The translations under genes and the position numbers were made by a program. From Azolla caroliniana (Eukaryota > Plantae > Polypodiophyta): DNA of 64,000 nucleotides. Below the pieces are notes generated by a model. It made no database searches and was not told the DNA's origin. It saw only the letters and a program-made list of their open reading frames with translations. The stretch spans positions 3,844,001-3,908,000 of the forward strand of contig JBHGNT010000014.1 in NCBI GenBank assembly GCA_043228905.1, read 5' to 3'. Of this stretch, positions 1 through 12,828 are shown in pieces; the first letter of the stretch is position 1, and the number at the start of each line of letters is the position of its first letter.

Positions 1-365
1 GAGAGAGCGTTCCGAACGTGGGGTTTCTCTGAGTGCAGGTTCGCGTTTGCTAAGCTTCCACTGCCTTGGTGCTTCTGTGCTTCTTGGCTCGCGAAAAAAG
101 GTCTCCATGCGTTCTTCTTTTTCTCTGTGCGTCTTGGCGCCTTTTTCGAGCATGCGCACGTCGTGTACCAAATTAGTATTAAGCAATGTGGCGGCTCTTA
201 AATGCCCACTACGTACCTTTTCGCTCCTTGCTTTCACGTCCGTTCATACCTCGATTTTTAATGTTTTTTTTTTTTTAAATGACGGTGTGTGATCTTACAC
301 ATCCGTAGGTCCCTTCGGACCCTTACCGTTTTCCTTACGGGTTGCCGTGTCTTCCTTCGTCTCTG

Positions 366-3300
366 CTACGGGTTCCCGTCGTCTTTTTCTTCCATCCGTA
401 CCGCTCCCGGACAGGTTCCCGGTATAGTGCCGGTGAGCTGCATAAACGGGTTCTTTGGCATCGGTCCTTTATAGGGCTTTAGTCTAAATCCGTTCACCCA
501 CTTGCCTAGTACTTCACCGGCAAGTGTCCCTATCTGATAGGACCCGTTGTATTCCCGTGTCAGCCAATACGGGCCTGTCCATCTAAACCGGAGTTTACCC
601 GACATCTTGCCCATCCTCGTTTGGAATACTAGCACCGGCTTTCCGATTTCGAACATCTTTTCGTTACCTTTCCGGTGACGGTCAACGAACGCTTTCCGTC
701 GTCGTTGCTCCAGTTCCATGTGTAGGATGCTGGCCAGCCGTTGCTCCTCCAGTTCGCATAGTGTTGCTAGCCGCATTTCCTCCGACTTCTTTTCATTCAG
801 CCGTTCCCGTAGTTGGATCCGTAAGCTTGGTACCTGAAACTCCACCGGCATGACCGCCTCTAAGCCGAACGCTAACCGGAACGGCGTTGTCTGGATACTT
901 GTTTTGTATGCCGTTCGGTACGCCCATAGCGCGCTATGGAGCTTTGTATCCCAGTCCATCCGGTTTTCATTGACGATTTTGCGGAGAATGTTCTGCAGCG
1001 TTTTGTTGGTTGACTCTGCTAACCCGTTCGCTTGTGGGTAGTACGGTGTGCTCCGTTTATGGACCACGGCATAGAACGTTGTTAAGCTTTCCACTACCTG
1101 GCCGAGGAAGTGCCCTTCTTGGTCGCTGATTAATTCAATCGGACATCCATATCGGCACCAAATGTTCTCGTACAAGAATTTTGCTGTGGATGACGCGGTA
1201 TTGTCTCTCAAGGCCTTAGCCTCCACCCATTTAGTGCAATAATCCGTTGCCACGATGACATAACGATTACCCGTTCTCATTGCCGGTGGCTTGAACGGTC
1301 CGACAAAATCCAACCCCATTTCTGGAATGGCTCTAGTGGAAGTACCGGTTGGTGTGGCATCCGTGCTTGCTCCGTAGGCTGGCCCATTCGTTGGCATAGG
1401 TCACATTCCTTAGCATACTTGACGACGTCTTTTAACATCGTGGGCCACCATAACCCGCTCTGCCATACTTTCCTTGCCGTCGCTTCCCCGGCATAGTGTC
1501 CTCCAGCAACCCCACAGTGTGCTTCCCGTAAGATTACTTGTTTCTCGTCACTACGGACTGCCCGTCTCCATATTCCATCTGCTCCCTTGTGGTAGAGAGT
1601 GTCCCGTAACAGACAGAAATTGCGGCTCTGCACCGCCAGTCGTTTCCTCTCGTCCCGGTTCATTTCCTCCGGTGGCAGGCCCGTGCTTAGGAACTGGTGC
1701 ATGTTTGTCAGCCACCTATCTTCTGATGCCACCGTGTCGTCCGCTGCCGTTTCCGGGGTGATACGGAATAACTCTGCGTCCAAGAATTCATCCGCTACTC
1801 CGTCGCCTGATTCTCCGGACTCTAACCGGCTCAGATAGTCTGCTACGGCATGCTGGATACCGGGCCGGTGGAAAATCTCGAATTCGAACTCCTGCAACAG
1901 CAAGGTCCAACGGGCCAACTTACCGGTCAGGGACACCTTGGACACTAAGTACAGGAGCGCCGAGTGATCCACATGAAAGGAGAACTTCCTTCCCAATAGG
2001 TAATGACGAAACTTTGTGACACTGTAGATCATGCCCAGGGCCTCCCGTTCCGTCGTCGAATAGTTCTTCTCCGCTTGGGACAGCTTCCGGCTGGCGTAAT
2101 ATACCGGCTGGTACCATTTGGGCTCTGTAAGTTGCATTAAGGAGCTGCCGATAGCGATGTCGGAAGCGTCCACGAACACATGAAATTCCTTGCTCCAATC
2201 CGGAGGCTGCACGACGGGTGCTTGCGACAAAAGTACCTTCAGGGCATTGTATGCCTTATCCTCCGTATCCGTCCATTGGAACGGTGTCCGATGTACCGCG
2301 GTGTGTAATGGTGTAGCCAAGTCAGCCAAGTGACGGAGCATCCGGCTGTGCCACCGGATCTATCCTAAGAATCGGCTTAGTGCTTTGGCTGTTTTCGGCG
2401 CCGGTGCCCCTAGTATCGCGTTTACTTTGTCCGGGTCGACCGCAATGCCCTCCTTACTTACAATGTGTCCCAGCAATATTCCACTTGAAACTCCAAAGAT
2501 GCATTTTGCTGGGTTTAAGCTTAGCCGGTATAACCTACACTTTTCAAGGCATAACCGTAGGTGCTGCAAATGGTCTTTTCCCCGGCTATAGACTGCAAAA
2601 TCATCCAGGAAAACCTGCATCAAGGCAGGAATGTATTCGCCGAAGATCTCCATGATGATTCGCTGGAAAGTTGCTGGTGCCGTTTTTAGGCCGAACATCA
2701 TTACTTCGGCCACAAACACCCCCCATTCGGTGACGAACGCTGTCTTCTCCTGGTCGTCGGGGTGCATCCGGATTTGATTGTATCCGCTGAACCCGTCTAG
2801 AAAGCTATAAACTTCATGGCCGGCGACGGCATCCAGTACTCCATCCGTGAACGGAAGCGGGAATGCATCCGTAATTGTGGCTGCATTTAGTTTCCTGTAA
2901 TCTACACACACGCGGATTTTACCGTTCTTCTTTGGGACGACGACGATGGGGCTCAGCCACGTCGCTTTCTTTACCGGCCGGATGAAGCCCACTCTTAGGA
3001 GTTTGTCGATTTCCTCCTTCACTTTGGCGGCGTAGTTGGGGTTCATTCGGTAACGTCTTTGCGCCACTGGTTTCGCGTCCTTGCCTAAGTGGATCTGATG
3101 CTGATATAATTGAGGGTCCAGCCCTCGCATGTCTTCGTATGACCAGGCGAATACGTCGCGAAACTCCGTGAGAAGTTTGATCATCGCCGCTTTATCTTCC
3201 GGCTTCATTTCTTTGGCGATGTGTACCGGCTTTGATTCGTCCTTGCTTCCTAGGTTCACTTCGTCGAGCTGGGATGCTTTTACCCGTTGGGAAACGGCCA

Positions 3301-6151
3301 TTTCCCGTTCCAACGCTTCCTGTGCTTGCCGTAATTCCCGAATCGCATCTTTGTCTGGTTCGGCTTCGGTTTCGTCCCGCTGCGGCAAGTATGGCGCTAC
3401 GGCTTCAGCCACGTCAATCTCGAAGAGTGGTACGATCTTCGGGTGTTCCTCCAAGTACTGGGCTTCTTCGTCGTCTGCCAACCCTTCAAGCATGTTCACG
3501 CATTCCGCATACAGCGGTGTGCATTCCTTACCGTTGCTCGTCCGTGGTTGTGTCGGTACCCGGACCTTGGCTTTTCCGCGCCGGAAGGTAATCATATTTT
3601 TCCGCCAATTTTGCTTGATGTGTGCTGTTTTCAACCATGGTCTGCCCAGCAACAGTGGGTACGCGCCTTGCGCCTGTAGCTGCAGCACTACAGCCGAGAT
3701 GTGAAATGTGTGACCTCCTATGGTGACTTCCAATTTCCGTATTAAGCCCGTCGGCCGTACAGAGCTCGTATCCGCCATCCGTAGCCAGAACGGACATGGC
3801 TCCCATTCATGTATACCCAAGGCATCGCACGTGCGGAGGCTTATTACGTTCACCCCGGAACCTCCATCGATTACTGTGCCGGGAAGTTCGTGCCCTTTGA
3901 CAATAGCTGTAATCACCGGACTACTAGTGTCCACCACCGTCGGTCCCTCCTCCGGGTTCGAGAAGAGGACTGGTGCCGGTGAGGCTATACCGTCTGTCAT
4001 GCCCGTTTTTAGTCCTTTCGTAAATCGCGGCACGAGCTGCAAGAGTCTTCCTAACGGCAACGTGATCTGACATTCTTGCAGTGCTTGCCATGTCTCGTTT
4101 TCTGGGTGGCTACCGCCGGCACTCCCTATGATATTCGCCTTTTGCCGTTCCGCGTCTGCGACGTTCCTTTCATTGGCTTCCTTCACCCATTCCGTCGCTT
4201 GTTTTCGTATGGCCTCTTGTGTTTCCCACTCTTTGGCCATGCCTTTCGACCGTGTGGTTACTTGCTGTATATCCGCCACTTCCGGAACCACCATATTAAC
4301 TGTTGGTCGTTTCTCGTAGCTCTTTACCGGGCACTGGTTACTGTAGTGGCCTTCCTGCCTGCAGTAGTAGCAGTACTCTTTATGGGTATTGCTGGATTCA
4401 GCATTGCTGGTAGCCGGAGTCGGTCCCGTAGTGAGTGGTGCGTTCTGTGCCGGTTGGCTCCTTGGGGTTCCATGTTCCGGGTCCCTAGGGTGACCACCTT
4501 TCTTGAAATTGCGTTTCTTATTATTCTTATTTTTATTTCGGTAGTCCGGTCGTGGTGGATCGTAAAATCGGCCGTAGTCCTCCTGGTGCTTCCGGTAACC
4601 AGGGGAATGGTCTCTGTCGTATTGCTCGTGTCGTCTGTTGGACTCCCGATAACGGTCCGATCGCTCATACCGGTCGTAGTTATCATGCCGATTCCCGTAC
4701 CGGTCATCATTCTCTTGTCTGTCTCCGTACCGAACATCCTGTGCCGGTCGGTACCGGTTCATTTTTTGCCAACGATCGTCATCTTCGTCTCGACTGCTTC
4801 TTGGCTCGATCCGTCGGACGGGTGGTGCTTGTCGGTTTAACAGGTTATACTCGCACCGGTCCGTTGTATGACTCTTGGATTGACAAATCACACACTGGGT
4901 TCGCATGGTGCATTCCACTGCCGAGTGTCCGGCATTCAAGCAGATTGTGCATTGAATTGCCTGCCGGAACCGGAGATCTTCCTCGGTGGGTAGCGCCCGT
5001 TGCAGTGTTCCCAGTGTAAGCCATGAGCTTGACTTTTCCATTTCTCTGACCCGGTCAATGACCTGGTCAATGGTGCTTCCTCGAAAGTCGATTACCGTAC
5101 GCACCGTGCGTAACGGTTCCCGGAGTGCGTTTAAAAATATCGTCCGTAATTCCTCCTCCGGGGGTGCACGGGTAAGCTGGCTATGCATTCGTTGGAAACG
5201 GATGACGAATTGGGGAATGCTTTCCCCTGCCTCCTGTCAGATCGTATAAAACAGGCCCACCATTGTCATCTGGTCGACCTCCTTGTGGAAAAAATGCAAG
5301 AATTTTGCTTTTAATTCTGCAAAGGTTGTAATGGTCGCCGGGTCCTGCGTCCGCCACCATCGTGTCGCTGGTCCTTCCAACGTGACCCCGAACTCCGCTA
5401 TCTTCGAGCGTTCTTCTTCCTCCGGTGTCATTCGCTGGGACGTGTGATTTGCTTCCCATGTCTGCTCGAAGGCATGAACATGCGCTTCCGCGTCCGGATC
5501 ATCGCGATACTTTGAGTATTGGAACGACATGTCGTCGTCCAGTATTAGGCCGCGGTTTAGTGGCATTTGTTGATATCTTTCCGGTTCCCTCTCCGGTTCC
5601 ACTTCCGGTTGTTTTGCCGGTGCTTTTTCCGGTTCCTCTTCCGGTTCTTTTTCCGGTTCTTTCACCGGCTCGTCTTCCGGTACCTTTGCCGGCTCTTTCG
5701 TTGGTGTCGGTGGCTTTGCTTCTTCCACTTCCGGTGTTGATGGGTTGACGGCTTCCGTTTGCGGTTGCGGTTCTGGAGTCGGCACGGTATCCGACCCGTC
5801 GTCCTCCGGGCCGCCGGGGGTATCGTTGCTGCTCCGGTAGTTCGTGTGCACGTTGTATCCCCCTTCGGAATCCGATTCGTAGGCTGAAAAGACTTCTGCC
5901 TCGTTTTCTCCGCTTGCCAGCGCCTCCAGGAGGCGTTCGGTTTCCCGGAGACTACTTAGACTGCTTCCGTCGTCCTGGTCGCGAGTTTGCTGTAACCGAA
6001 GAGATTCCTCCGCGACTCTCCGGATCTCGTTGGAGAACGAACGATCCGAGCGAATTTCGTGCGCTGCTTGCTGGAAAGCCTCACGCCGTCTTTGCCGTTC
6101 GGCGAGGCATCGAGCTCGGTCTGTAACCAAGTCGTGCGTTGGTCTAGTCAT
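366..6151 (-). pseudogene. gag-pol polyprotein with two in-frame stops (5237, 2360) and one frameshift (~1320)
   Basis: CCHC knuckles, protease IDGGS, RT (RVCVDYRKLN, FLDDF), RNase H (VDASD, EREAL), integrase (HHCC, DFVGP, PQANGLAE); ORFs 5237-6151, 2360-5188 and 1277-2341 share one frame. Confidence 0.92.
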
Positions 6152-6186
6152 CCATTACCGTCGTTCGCTGCGAGAAAGCAGGAATC

Positions 6187-6196
6187 GTGGTCGCCA
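6187..6196 (-). promoter_or_regulatory. Primer-binding site TGGCGACCAC (probably tRNA-Arg)
   Basis: Lies a few bp inside the LTR end and begins TGG; tRNA identity is recalled, not searched. Confidence 0.55.
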
Positions 6197-6202
6197 AAAC
6201 TG

Positions 6203-6621
6203 TGTTATTCGCTGGCCGGACAAGGCCTAACACAAGGTGTCACGGAGACACTTCACCAAAGGGTGATTACGGCGTAGGATTAAGATTCAACGATTACACC
6301 GACTTACGTAGGTTACACGATTAGAATGCTTTGGTTAATTACACGCGTAAGATATAACAGTAATTACAGAACGGAAATCAAGACAGAAGTATAAACACCA
6401 TAAGCTCTATTAATTATCCGCTGTGATTACAATGGGGTCCGGCCTTTTAAATAGGTTTCCGGCCCGTAGTACAAAACGGTGCCTATCGCACCTATTCGGG
6501 ATCCGTCCGGATCTGAAACGGCATACCGTTTCCAGTCCGTCCGTCCACACTATGCTCATTTACAACCATATTTAATTAATTCCTTCACTCCGTATTTTGG
6601 ACTCCTTGCCGGCCGGTAACA
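6203..6621 (-). repeat. 5' LTR of the first gypsy element
   Basis: TGTTA...TAACA inverted ends, adjacent to the PBS; partner LTR not in the window. Confidence 0.7.
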
Positions 6622-6797
6622 GGGAGGGGGGTGGAGCCATTCTAGGCACCACCCCCACCCCACAATGCTTCTCAATGCTTGTCTTGCATCTTCATGATCT
6701 CTCACCATCATACCATTCATCATCTCCACCATTACACCATGTCTATCTTCATCATCAATCATCATCATTATCATTCTCATTAACCCTAACCCTAAAA

Positions 6798-7059
6798 ACC
6801 TACAACACTCTATGGGGTGGAAGTATGGGGCGGTAAGATCCCTAAATCTATGTGGAAAGAGTTTGAAAATGTCCAAAAACATTTTCGTACAAATTTTCTA
6901 CAAATTAAGAAACAAACGCCCTACACCATCCTACTCCTTGAGACGGGATTGCTTCCCATTGAGATAATGGCCATGGAAAGGGTTGTTGAATACATGCTTA
7001 AGGTTCAAAAAAGCCCCTCACATCGACTTCCTAGATTTGCATGGGAAGGAAGCAAAAAG
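6798..7059 (+). pseudogene. 5'-truncated non-LTR (LINE) ORF2 relic, left part
   Basis: PTTLYGVEVWG...LLETGLLPI motif typical of the LINE RT C-terminal region; frame continues at 22114 once the DNA transposon is removed (AWEGSKK|IQKTHKS). Confidence 0.8.
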
Positions 7060-7427
7060 AACGGGTTCGCGTTCACAAGTGGAAGGATCGCGTATAAATG
7101 GAAGGATAAGGAAAATTTTGGTTGATTTGAGGGCTTTTTCAATGATTTTACAAAACACATTGATACCAGTATCATACATGTTCAAACATACTATGAAAAA
7201 GGTTAAAAATTCACTATTTTCGTGATTTAGAAGTAACTAAAAAAAGAGGAATTTCAAAAAGTTACATTCTCAATTTATATCACAAACTTTACAACCAATG
7301 TTATTTTATAAGAAATGATTTTTTAGAAATCATAAGAATTCAAAACACATGCTTTTATATTACTCGATTTGTTACAAGCGGAATGTATTTACACTTAATA
7401 GCCAAAAATACATTCATGATCATTCCT

Positions 7428-10120
7428 TTACGGAGAATCACTACTATAACTAATATACAATGACGATTCCTCCTCGTCATCCTCGGATGTACCAATCAGT
7501 GCATTATCTTCGTCATAAACCAAATGGTTTGACTCTAGATTATATGTAGCAGATCTCGTTTGCCTTTGACTCGAGCTACATTGTAGACCTGGTAATTTTT
7601 CTTTTATTATATCTATTGTGGACTTCCTTAATCGTCCGGCTTTTGTAAGTGTGAAGTCGTACACGATGATATCCACATCAGAGATATCAAGGGTAGAGGT
7701 GTTACGAATGTTTCGCTTCCTCTTCCTACCTCCCCTTCTTGTTGGGCATTATATCATCTCCAATGTATACTTACCTGTAAAAGCATTTGCACTTCTAGTG
7801 TTGTACCAATGAACGTTTATAGACTTGGTAGTGTTTTCTATTTCATGCATTATCACTTCTAGAATTTTACCAACCCAAAATTGGTGGCCATGTGAATTCT
7901 CATCAGCAGGCGTTGCAATCAACATCCCCGCCGTGAGCTCTTGCAAATTGCCTTGCCATCTAGCTTTGGCTGCTTTGGTCATCCTTGGTCCCACATAAAT
8001 GTCTCTTTGTTGTGGATGGACCAAACTGTCATTAATCGCATTTGTTGGTTGCTCCAGAGTTCTATTTACACGATCATGTTGCAGCGACCATGTGAATGGC
8101 GTTTCCAAATTCCAATTATCACCAAATACACAATTGTCTATAATTCCTTTCTGATCACTATAAAATACATCCCACCATGACGTGTCTTGTTGTGCAGCAT
8201 ATTTCTTGACGGCCTCAATATGCTTTCTTTTTTCTTCTAAGGCTTGGAGCCATAACCGTTTTTGTTCCAATACCAAGTCACTCTGCAACCGTCCTTTCTT
8301 CTCAATTGGCATTTGCTTAGCTCCATGGACAATTGTACTCGGCATACAAAGTAATAATTGGCAACCACCTTCAGGTTCCCATGTTGTAGAAGATGAATAT
8401 TGTTTCGCATACAAAAGTGTAGAACCACTTATTTCATTTTTCTTTATCATAAAAATGTGATTGAAGCTTATATTGTTTAACTGGGCAAGCACTTTAACAT
8501 TCCCAACACCCCCATCTGATATATATCTCTTAAAGTCATATACCTCCTTCAAGTGTAACACTTTTGGGCGTGGTGTATATGCATCACAAATGACATCAAA
8601 TAGTTTAGGTAATGTGAAAGCATCATGCCGAGACAACTGTCTTGAGAATGTGCTAAACATCTGATCTATATGATCATGTGTGTGGCCAACCAAAAGAAAA
8701 TTGACTTTCAGTTTCCTGAACAATCCTTGGTTGACCAACATAGTTAGATAGCCAAACACAGTTGAATTTTTGTTCTCTCTAGCAGTATTGTCCAATTGAA
8801 TGTATAGAATAGGGGGGAAAGGTTGGCCCCAAGACATCAAAACTCAGTGAATCACTATAAATGTTAGGTTAGGGTCATTGTGAACATTGGGATATGTAAT
8901 GAAGACGTGAGGTCCAACAGACCTATTATAAGCCAAGCATCCCACCAAGTGCATTTGAACAAGGCACTCATCATTGACGTCTTTGGGGAGCCTCCGCATA
9001 TGCGGCAATCACGTCTTCTTCTGGTCTATGCCATCTATCATTAAGAACATGTGTTGTTCGGGCCTCTTCAAACACTTCTCTCTATGATGCATCACCTTCT
9101 TTCGTTCTAACGATTGTGCCTCATGATGCTCTTGTAGTAACTTCTTACTCATATCCTTTTCCATTGATGTCTTTGCACCTTTAGCCAAACTTTCAAGATT
9201 TGCACAAATGGAGTAATACCCCATGCATACTTTACGTGGAATGATCGATAGACATCATAAACTTCCCGACATGAGTAATTATCAGAAAGGTGCATCCTAC
9301 CTGTAGTGGGCATTACTATACAATTTAACTGAAAGTAACTTTTCATCCAACCAATAGCATGTCTTCCAATTGCACCTTTCATACTTGGAACCTCTTTACA
9401 ATTGAGAATCTGATCCCCACTAAGTAGACATTGTTGTACTCTATGTAGCCGCATGTTACTAACATATAACGCAATTTTGAATGCAACTCTACATATCTGT
9501 TGTGCATGGAAGATATAATACTCGAATGATACTTTGATCCCCATACATTTGTCAAATACTAGTTGCATATGTGACCTGAGGTAAGTGTCTTGCTCATCAC
9601 CAGTCATCGAAAAATAGTATCGCCTTAATTCTCCCAACTTTGATTTTCCAATCATAGACATACAACCACGAGCACAACATATTTTTTTGACATCAAATCC
9701 AATCTGTTTATCTGATGTCACCAAGTTAAATCTAGCCAGACGAATTCTTCGTGGGATTCTTCTAATATGCATAGGGCTTCCAGATTTCTCTTCCTGCATA
9801 GAAGTTGGTGTAACCTTGTTATTATCCAATTCTTTGTTGTGACCATCGCCCATGATATTCGATGTTTCATTGGCACTACCTTCATTCTCCGTATCTTTAT
9901 TAATATCGTATTCTCCAATAGAGAACTCTTTACATGTGTCATTATTCACATTCGTTGTGCTCAGACAATACTCTTCGATAGAATATGGTGAGTCTGTGGA
10001 CAGACAATATTCTTCAATAGAAAATGGTGAGTCTGTCGACAAACAATACTCTTCGGTAGAAAACGAAGAGTCTGATGACAAACAATATTCTTCAATCGAG
10101 AACGGTGAATCTTCACTCAT
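7428..10120 (-). pseudogene. Sola-like DDD transposase, disrupted
   Basis: Motifs MIDGIDQKKT, YIQLDNTARENKN, FLLVGHTHDHIDQMFS; N-terminal CCxxxC and CRVAF; stops near 9009, 8850 and 7749, frameshift or deletion near 9240. Confidence 0.82.
9955..10112 (-). repeat. 39-bp coding tandem repeat x4 (SPFSIEEYCLSTD) at the transposase N-terminus
   Basis: Four visible 13-aa units in ORF 9149-10120. Confidence 0.85.
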
Positions 10121-10422
10121 GGCTTAATGTCTAGACAGAGCTCTTTAAGTTATGTGCTTAGGCTAAGGCAAAAAACTAATAAGCTCCTCTCTAAACATAT
10201 ACTCCTCTCTAAACATAAACTCCTCTCAAAACAGAAGCTCCCTCAATATAATGTCTATATTATTCAATATTATATTAATAGAATAAATAAAAAATATTAT
10301 TTTAAATATAGTAATTGTATTTAACATATTAATAATTACTTAAACTAGTCTATATGAAGTTAAATCAAGTATAATATAATTACAATCATTACCAAGCCAT
10401 ATATATGTTGGATTAAAGTTAA

Positions 10423-10823
10423 AATCATTGGTTAATTAATGGCACCCATATTTAATATAGAACTTCTCAATCATTGGTTCATTATGCCCACCATTTTAAA
10501 TATAAGACTTTTCAATCATTGGTTCATTCATGCCCACATCTTTAATACAAAGCAATTAAGAGTCATAAAAATGTTGATTTCAGTAATCAATCATTGGTTC
10601 ATTCATGAACCTCTATCATTGTTTCCTTCATGACCTTCAAAGTCATTGTAAGTTATTTTGACTATAAAATATTCATCAATATGTTAGTTTGACTTTGTAA
10701 TCATTAATGCAATCATAAGTTACTCTCATTAATGTGACCGTGGTTACTAACTAACCTCACGCTTTCCAACCCTAGTTAAAGTGAATGTGGTTACTTTAAC
10801 CACTATGGTCAATCCCTATAAAT
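10423..10823. promoter_or_regulatory. Putative promoter region between divergent genes: 4x AATCATTGGTT (reverse CCAAT boxes) and TATAAAT at 10817
   Basis: Motif at ~10423, 10469, 10514, 10589; TATA box 150 bp upstream of ATG 10967. Confidence 0.55.
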
Positions 10824-10966
10824 AGGAAGACCTCGTCATATTTCACTCACACGAAACACAAGAGCACACACAACAAACAAAACAAACAAAGCAAACAAAG
10901 CACACAGAGCACGAAGCATGAAGCACGATAGCGAGATCTCCACCTAAAAATCGACAAATATCAACC

Positions 10967-12828
10967 ATGTCTTCAAAGAAAATCGAGCGCCAAGACTCCA
11001 GGTAAGCCTCTGACACTGTAGACATTTTTGTAAATATGTTTTAGCATCAGGAACTCGATACGCCGTATCGAGTTCCTGTATAAAACACAAACAATAGACA
11101 TGAACTCTATACGGCGTATCGAGTTCTTGTGTGATGTTTAGGTTTTATACAGGAACTCGATACGGCGTATCGAGTTCCTCTACTTTGTGTTTTAAACAAG
11201 AACTCGATACGGCGTATCAAGTTCCTGTATTATGTTTGCGTTTTAAACAGGAACTCGATACGCCGTATCGAGTTCTTGTATTATGTTTGCGTTTTAAACA
11301 GGAACTCGTTACACTATATCGAGTTCCTGAATAAAACACAGATATTATATAGGAACTCGATACGCCGTATCGAGTTCCTGTACACAATTTATATTTTCTT
11401 GTATATAGTGTGCATTTTAAACTAGAACTCGATACGCCGTATCGAGTTCCTGTGTGATGTAACTCTTTTATTGAGGAACTCGATACAGCGTATCGAGCTC
11501 CTAGATTATGTTTGTGTTTTATACATGAACTCGATACGGCGTATCAAGTCCCTGTATAAAGTTTGTGTTTTAAACAGGAACTCGTTACGCCGTATCGAGT
11601 TCCTGTGTAAAGTATGTGTTTGATACACGAACTCGATACCCTGCATTGATTTCATGTACAGACACGAACTGTATACAGGAACACGATACGGCGTATCGGG
11701 TTCCTGTATAAAATAAGAACTTGAAAGAGGAATATTGTGTCTTTGGGGCAACAACTTAGTATTGTGTGAAAAGATATCAAACTTTCTGTCAAAATCAGTC
11801 TTTTTTTAGGGTGATTTGCCTTATTTTGTAAAAAATAGGGGCCTTAATTATAGAGGTTTTATGACCTAGTATAGCTTAAAATAGTACAAAATAACCCACA
11901 AATTACCTTTACAATACCAAATTCAAGTCTATGATATGCAAATTCCCTACAATATGGATATGGAATCAATATAAGCTATACCTGCCCTTCAAGACAATAT
12001 ATATCCTTGTATACTTATTAAGATATATATATTTTAAGTTGAATAGCCCTTACTAGAATAGATTTCTGAATATAGGACTACCATGTACACTCAATGCATG
12101 ATTGATATTTATAGTTTACCGCAAATCGCCTGCTAGTTTATTTCTTCATCTATTTATTTGTATTTTAATATACAATCTTAATCTACGTGACCACCTAACT
12201 TATGTTTTCGCATGTCCTTTCTTAAATAGGTCGTTTGAGAACTTGTCGGACCGACCTGTGAAGAAGATAAAGCTCCGGATACAGGGTTCTCCAATTGAAA
12301 CACAGACCCTAATAGCTCCCGAGACCATGAAGAGAGGAAAAAGGCTTCTTTTCAACGAGGAGACAAAATCTCAATCACACATTGAGGTTAGCCAAAAGAA
12401 ACTAGTAGTAGCTACTGGAGGTGAAGACCTTCCTGACCGTGATCTAACGGACAAGGAATGGTGTATGCAATACGTCGACTCCAAGAAAAAAGTTGTATTG
12501 TATACAACAAAGAAGAAGGGTGAGGGGCAGTTGAAAATGAAACCCCATTTATGTATGGCCATATTCTACGATTGGACTACGAAGATGCAGATTTGGCAAC
12601 GATGTCGTAGACATGATCCAAAAAGTGCCAAAGAAGGAATATACGCTAATGATTGCGGATATTCCTTATGGATTTCGAATGGTTGGGTCATCATACGACG
12701 ATGAACCGTTTAGGTTTAAACAGTTGGAGAAGATGGTCAAGGATTTTGCTGAGCTAACGACTGCATCCTTGTGGAGAATAGTTGTCTTTCATAGTATGGA
12801 CCAAGGGTACTCGGTAGCTCAAGCTTAA
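10967..12828 (+). pseudogene. Transposon accessory gene, amino (N6A/N4C) DNA methyltransferase-like; exon 1 10967-11001, exon 2 from 12230, frameshift ~12591, truncated
   Basis: GTAAGC donor, CTAAC branch point and TAG acceptor splice in frame (MSSKKIERQDS-R-SFENL); FGNDVVDMIQKVPKKEYTLMIADIPYG resembles the GD...LP...DL...DPPY start of beta-class amino-MTases. Confidence 0.62.
11048..11706. repeat. Array of 13 palindromic 31-bp units (CAGGAACTCGATAC-GSC-GTATCGAGTTCCTG), mostly 51-bp period
   Basis: Unit starts ~11048, 11099, 11150, 11197, 11248, 11299, 11350, 11422, 11473, 11524, 11575, 11626, 11676; ~20-bp AT-rich linkers. Confidence 0.95.

Larger units (their letters stand above)
1..6621 (-). 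mobile_element. Ty3/gypsy LTR retrotransposon (non-chromovirus type), 3' end beyond window start
   Basis: gag-PR-RT-RH-INT order on the minus strand; no chromodomain after INT; candidate 5' LTR 6203-6621 and PBS next to it. Confidence 0.92.

Noticed and set aside
3129-5019. Antisense ORFs over gag-pol (also around 14700-16200 and 27300-28800)
   Set aside because: Shadow frames of GC-rich coding sequence with no motifs
11048-11706. CRISPR array
   Set aside because: Linkers are homologous to each other (two identical), only ~20 bp, there are no cas genes, and it lies in a spliceosomal intron of a eukaryotic TE
12500-12590. Small intron repairing the MTase-like frameshift
   Set aside because: The strongest donor (GTGAGG at 12520) gives the wrong phase; the phase-correct donor found is weak and the segment is purine-rich, so a frameshift is more likely
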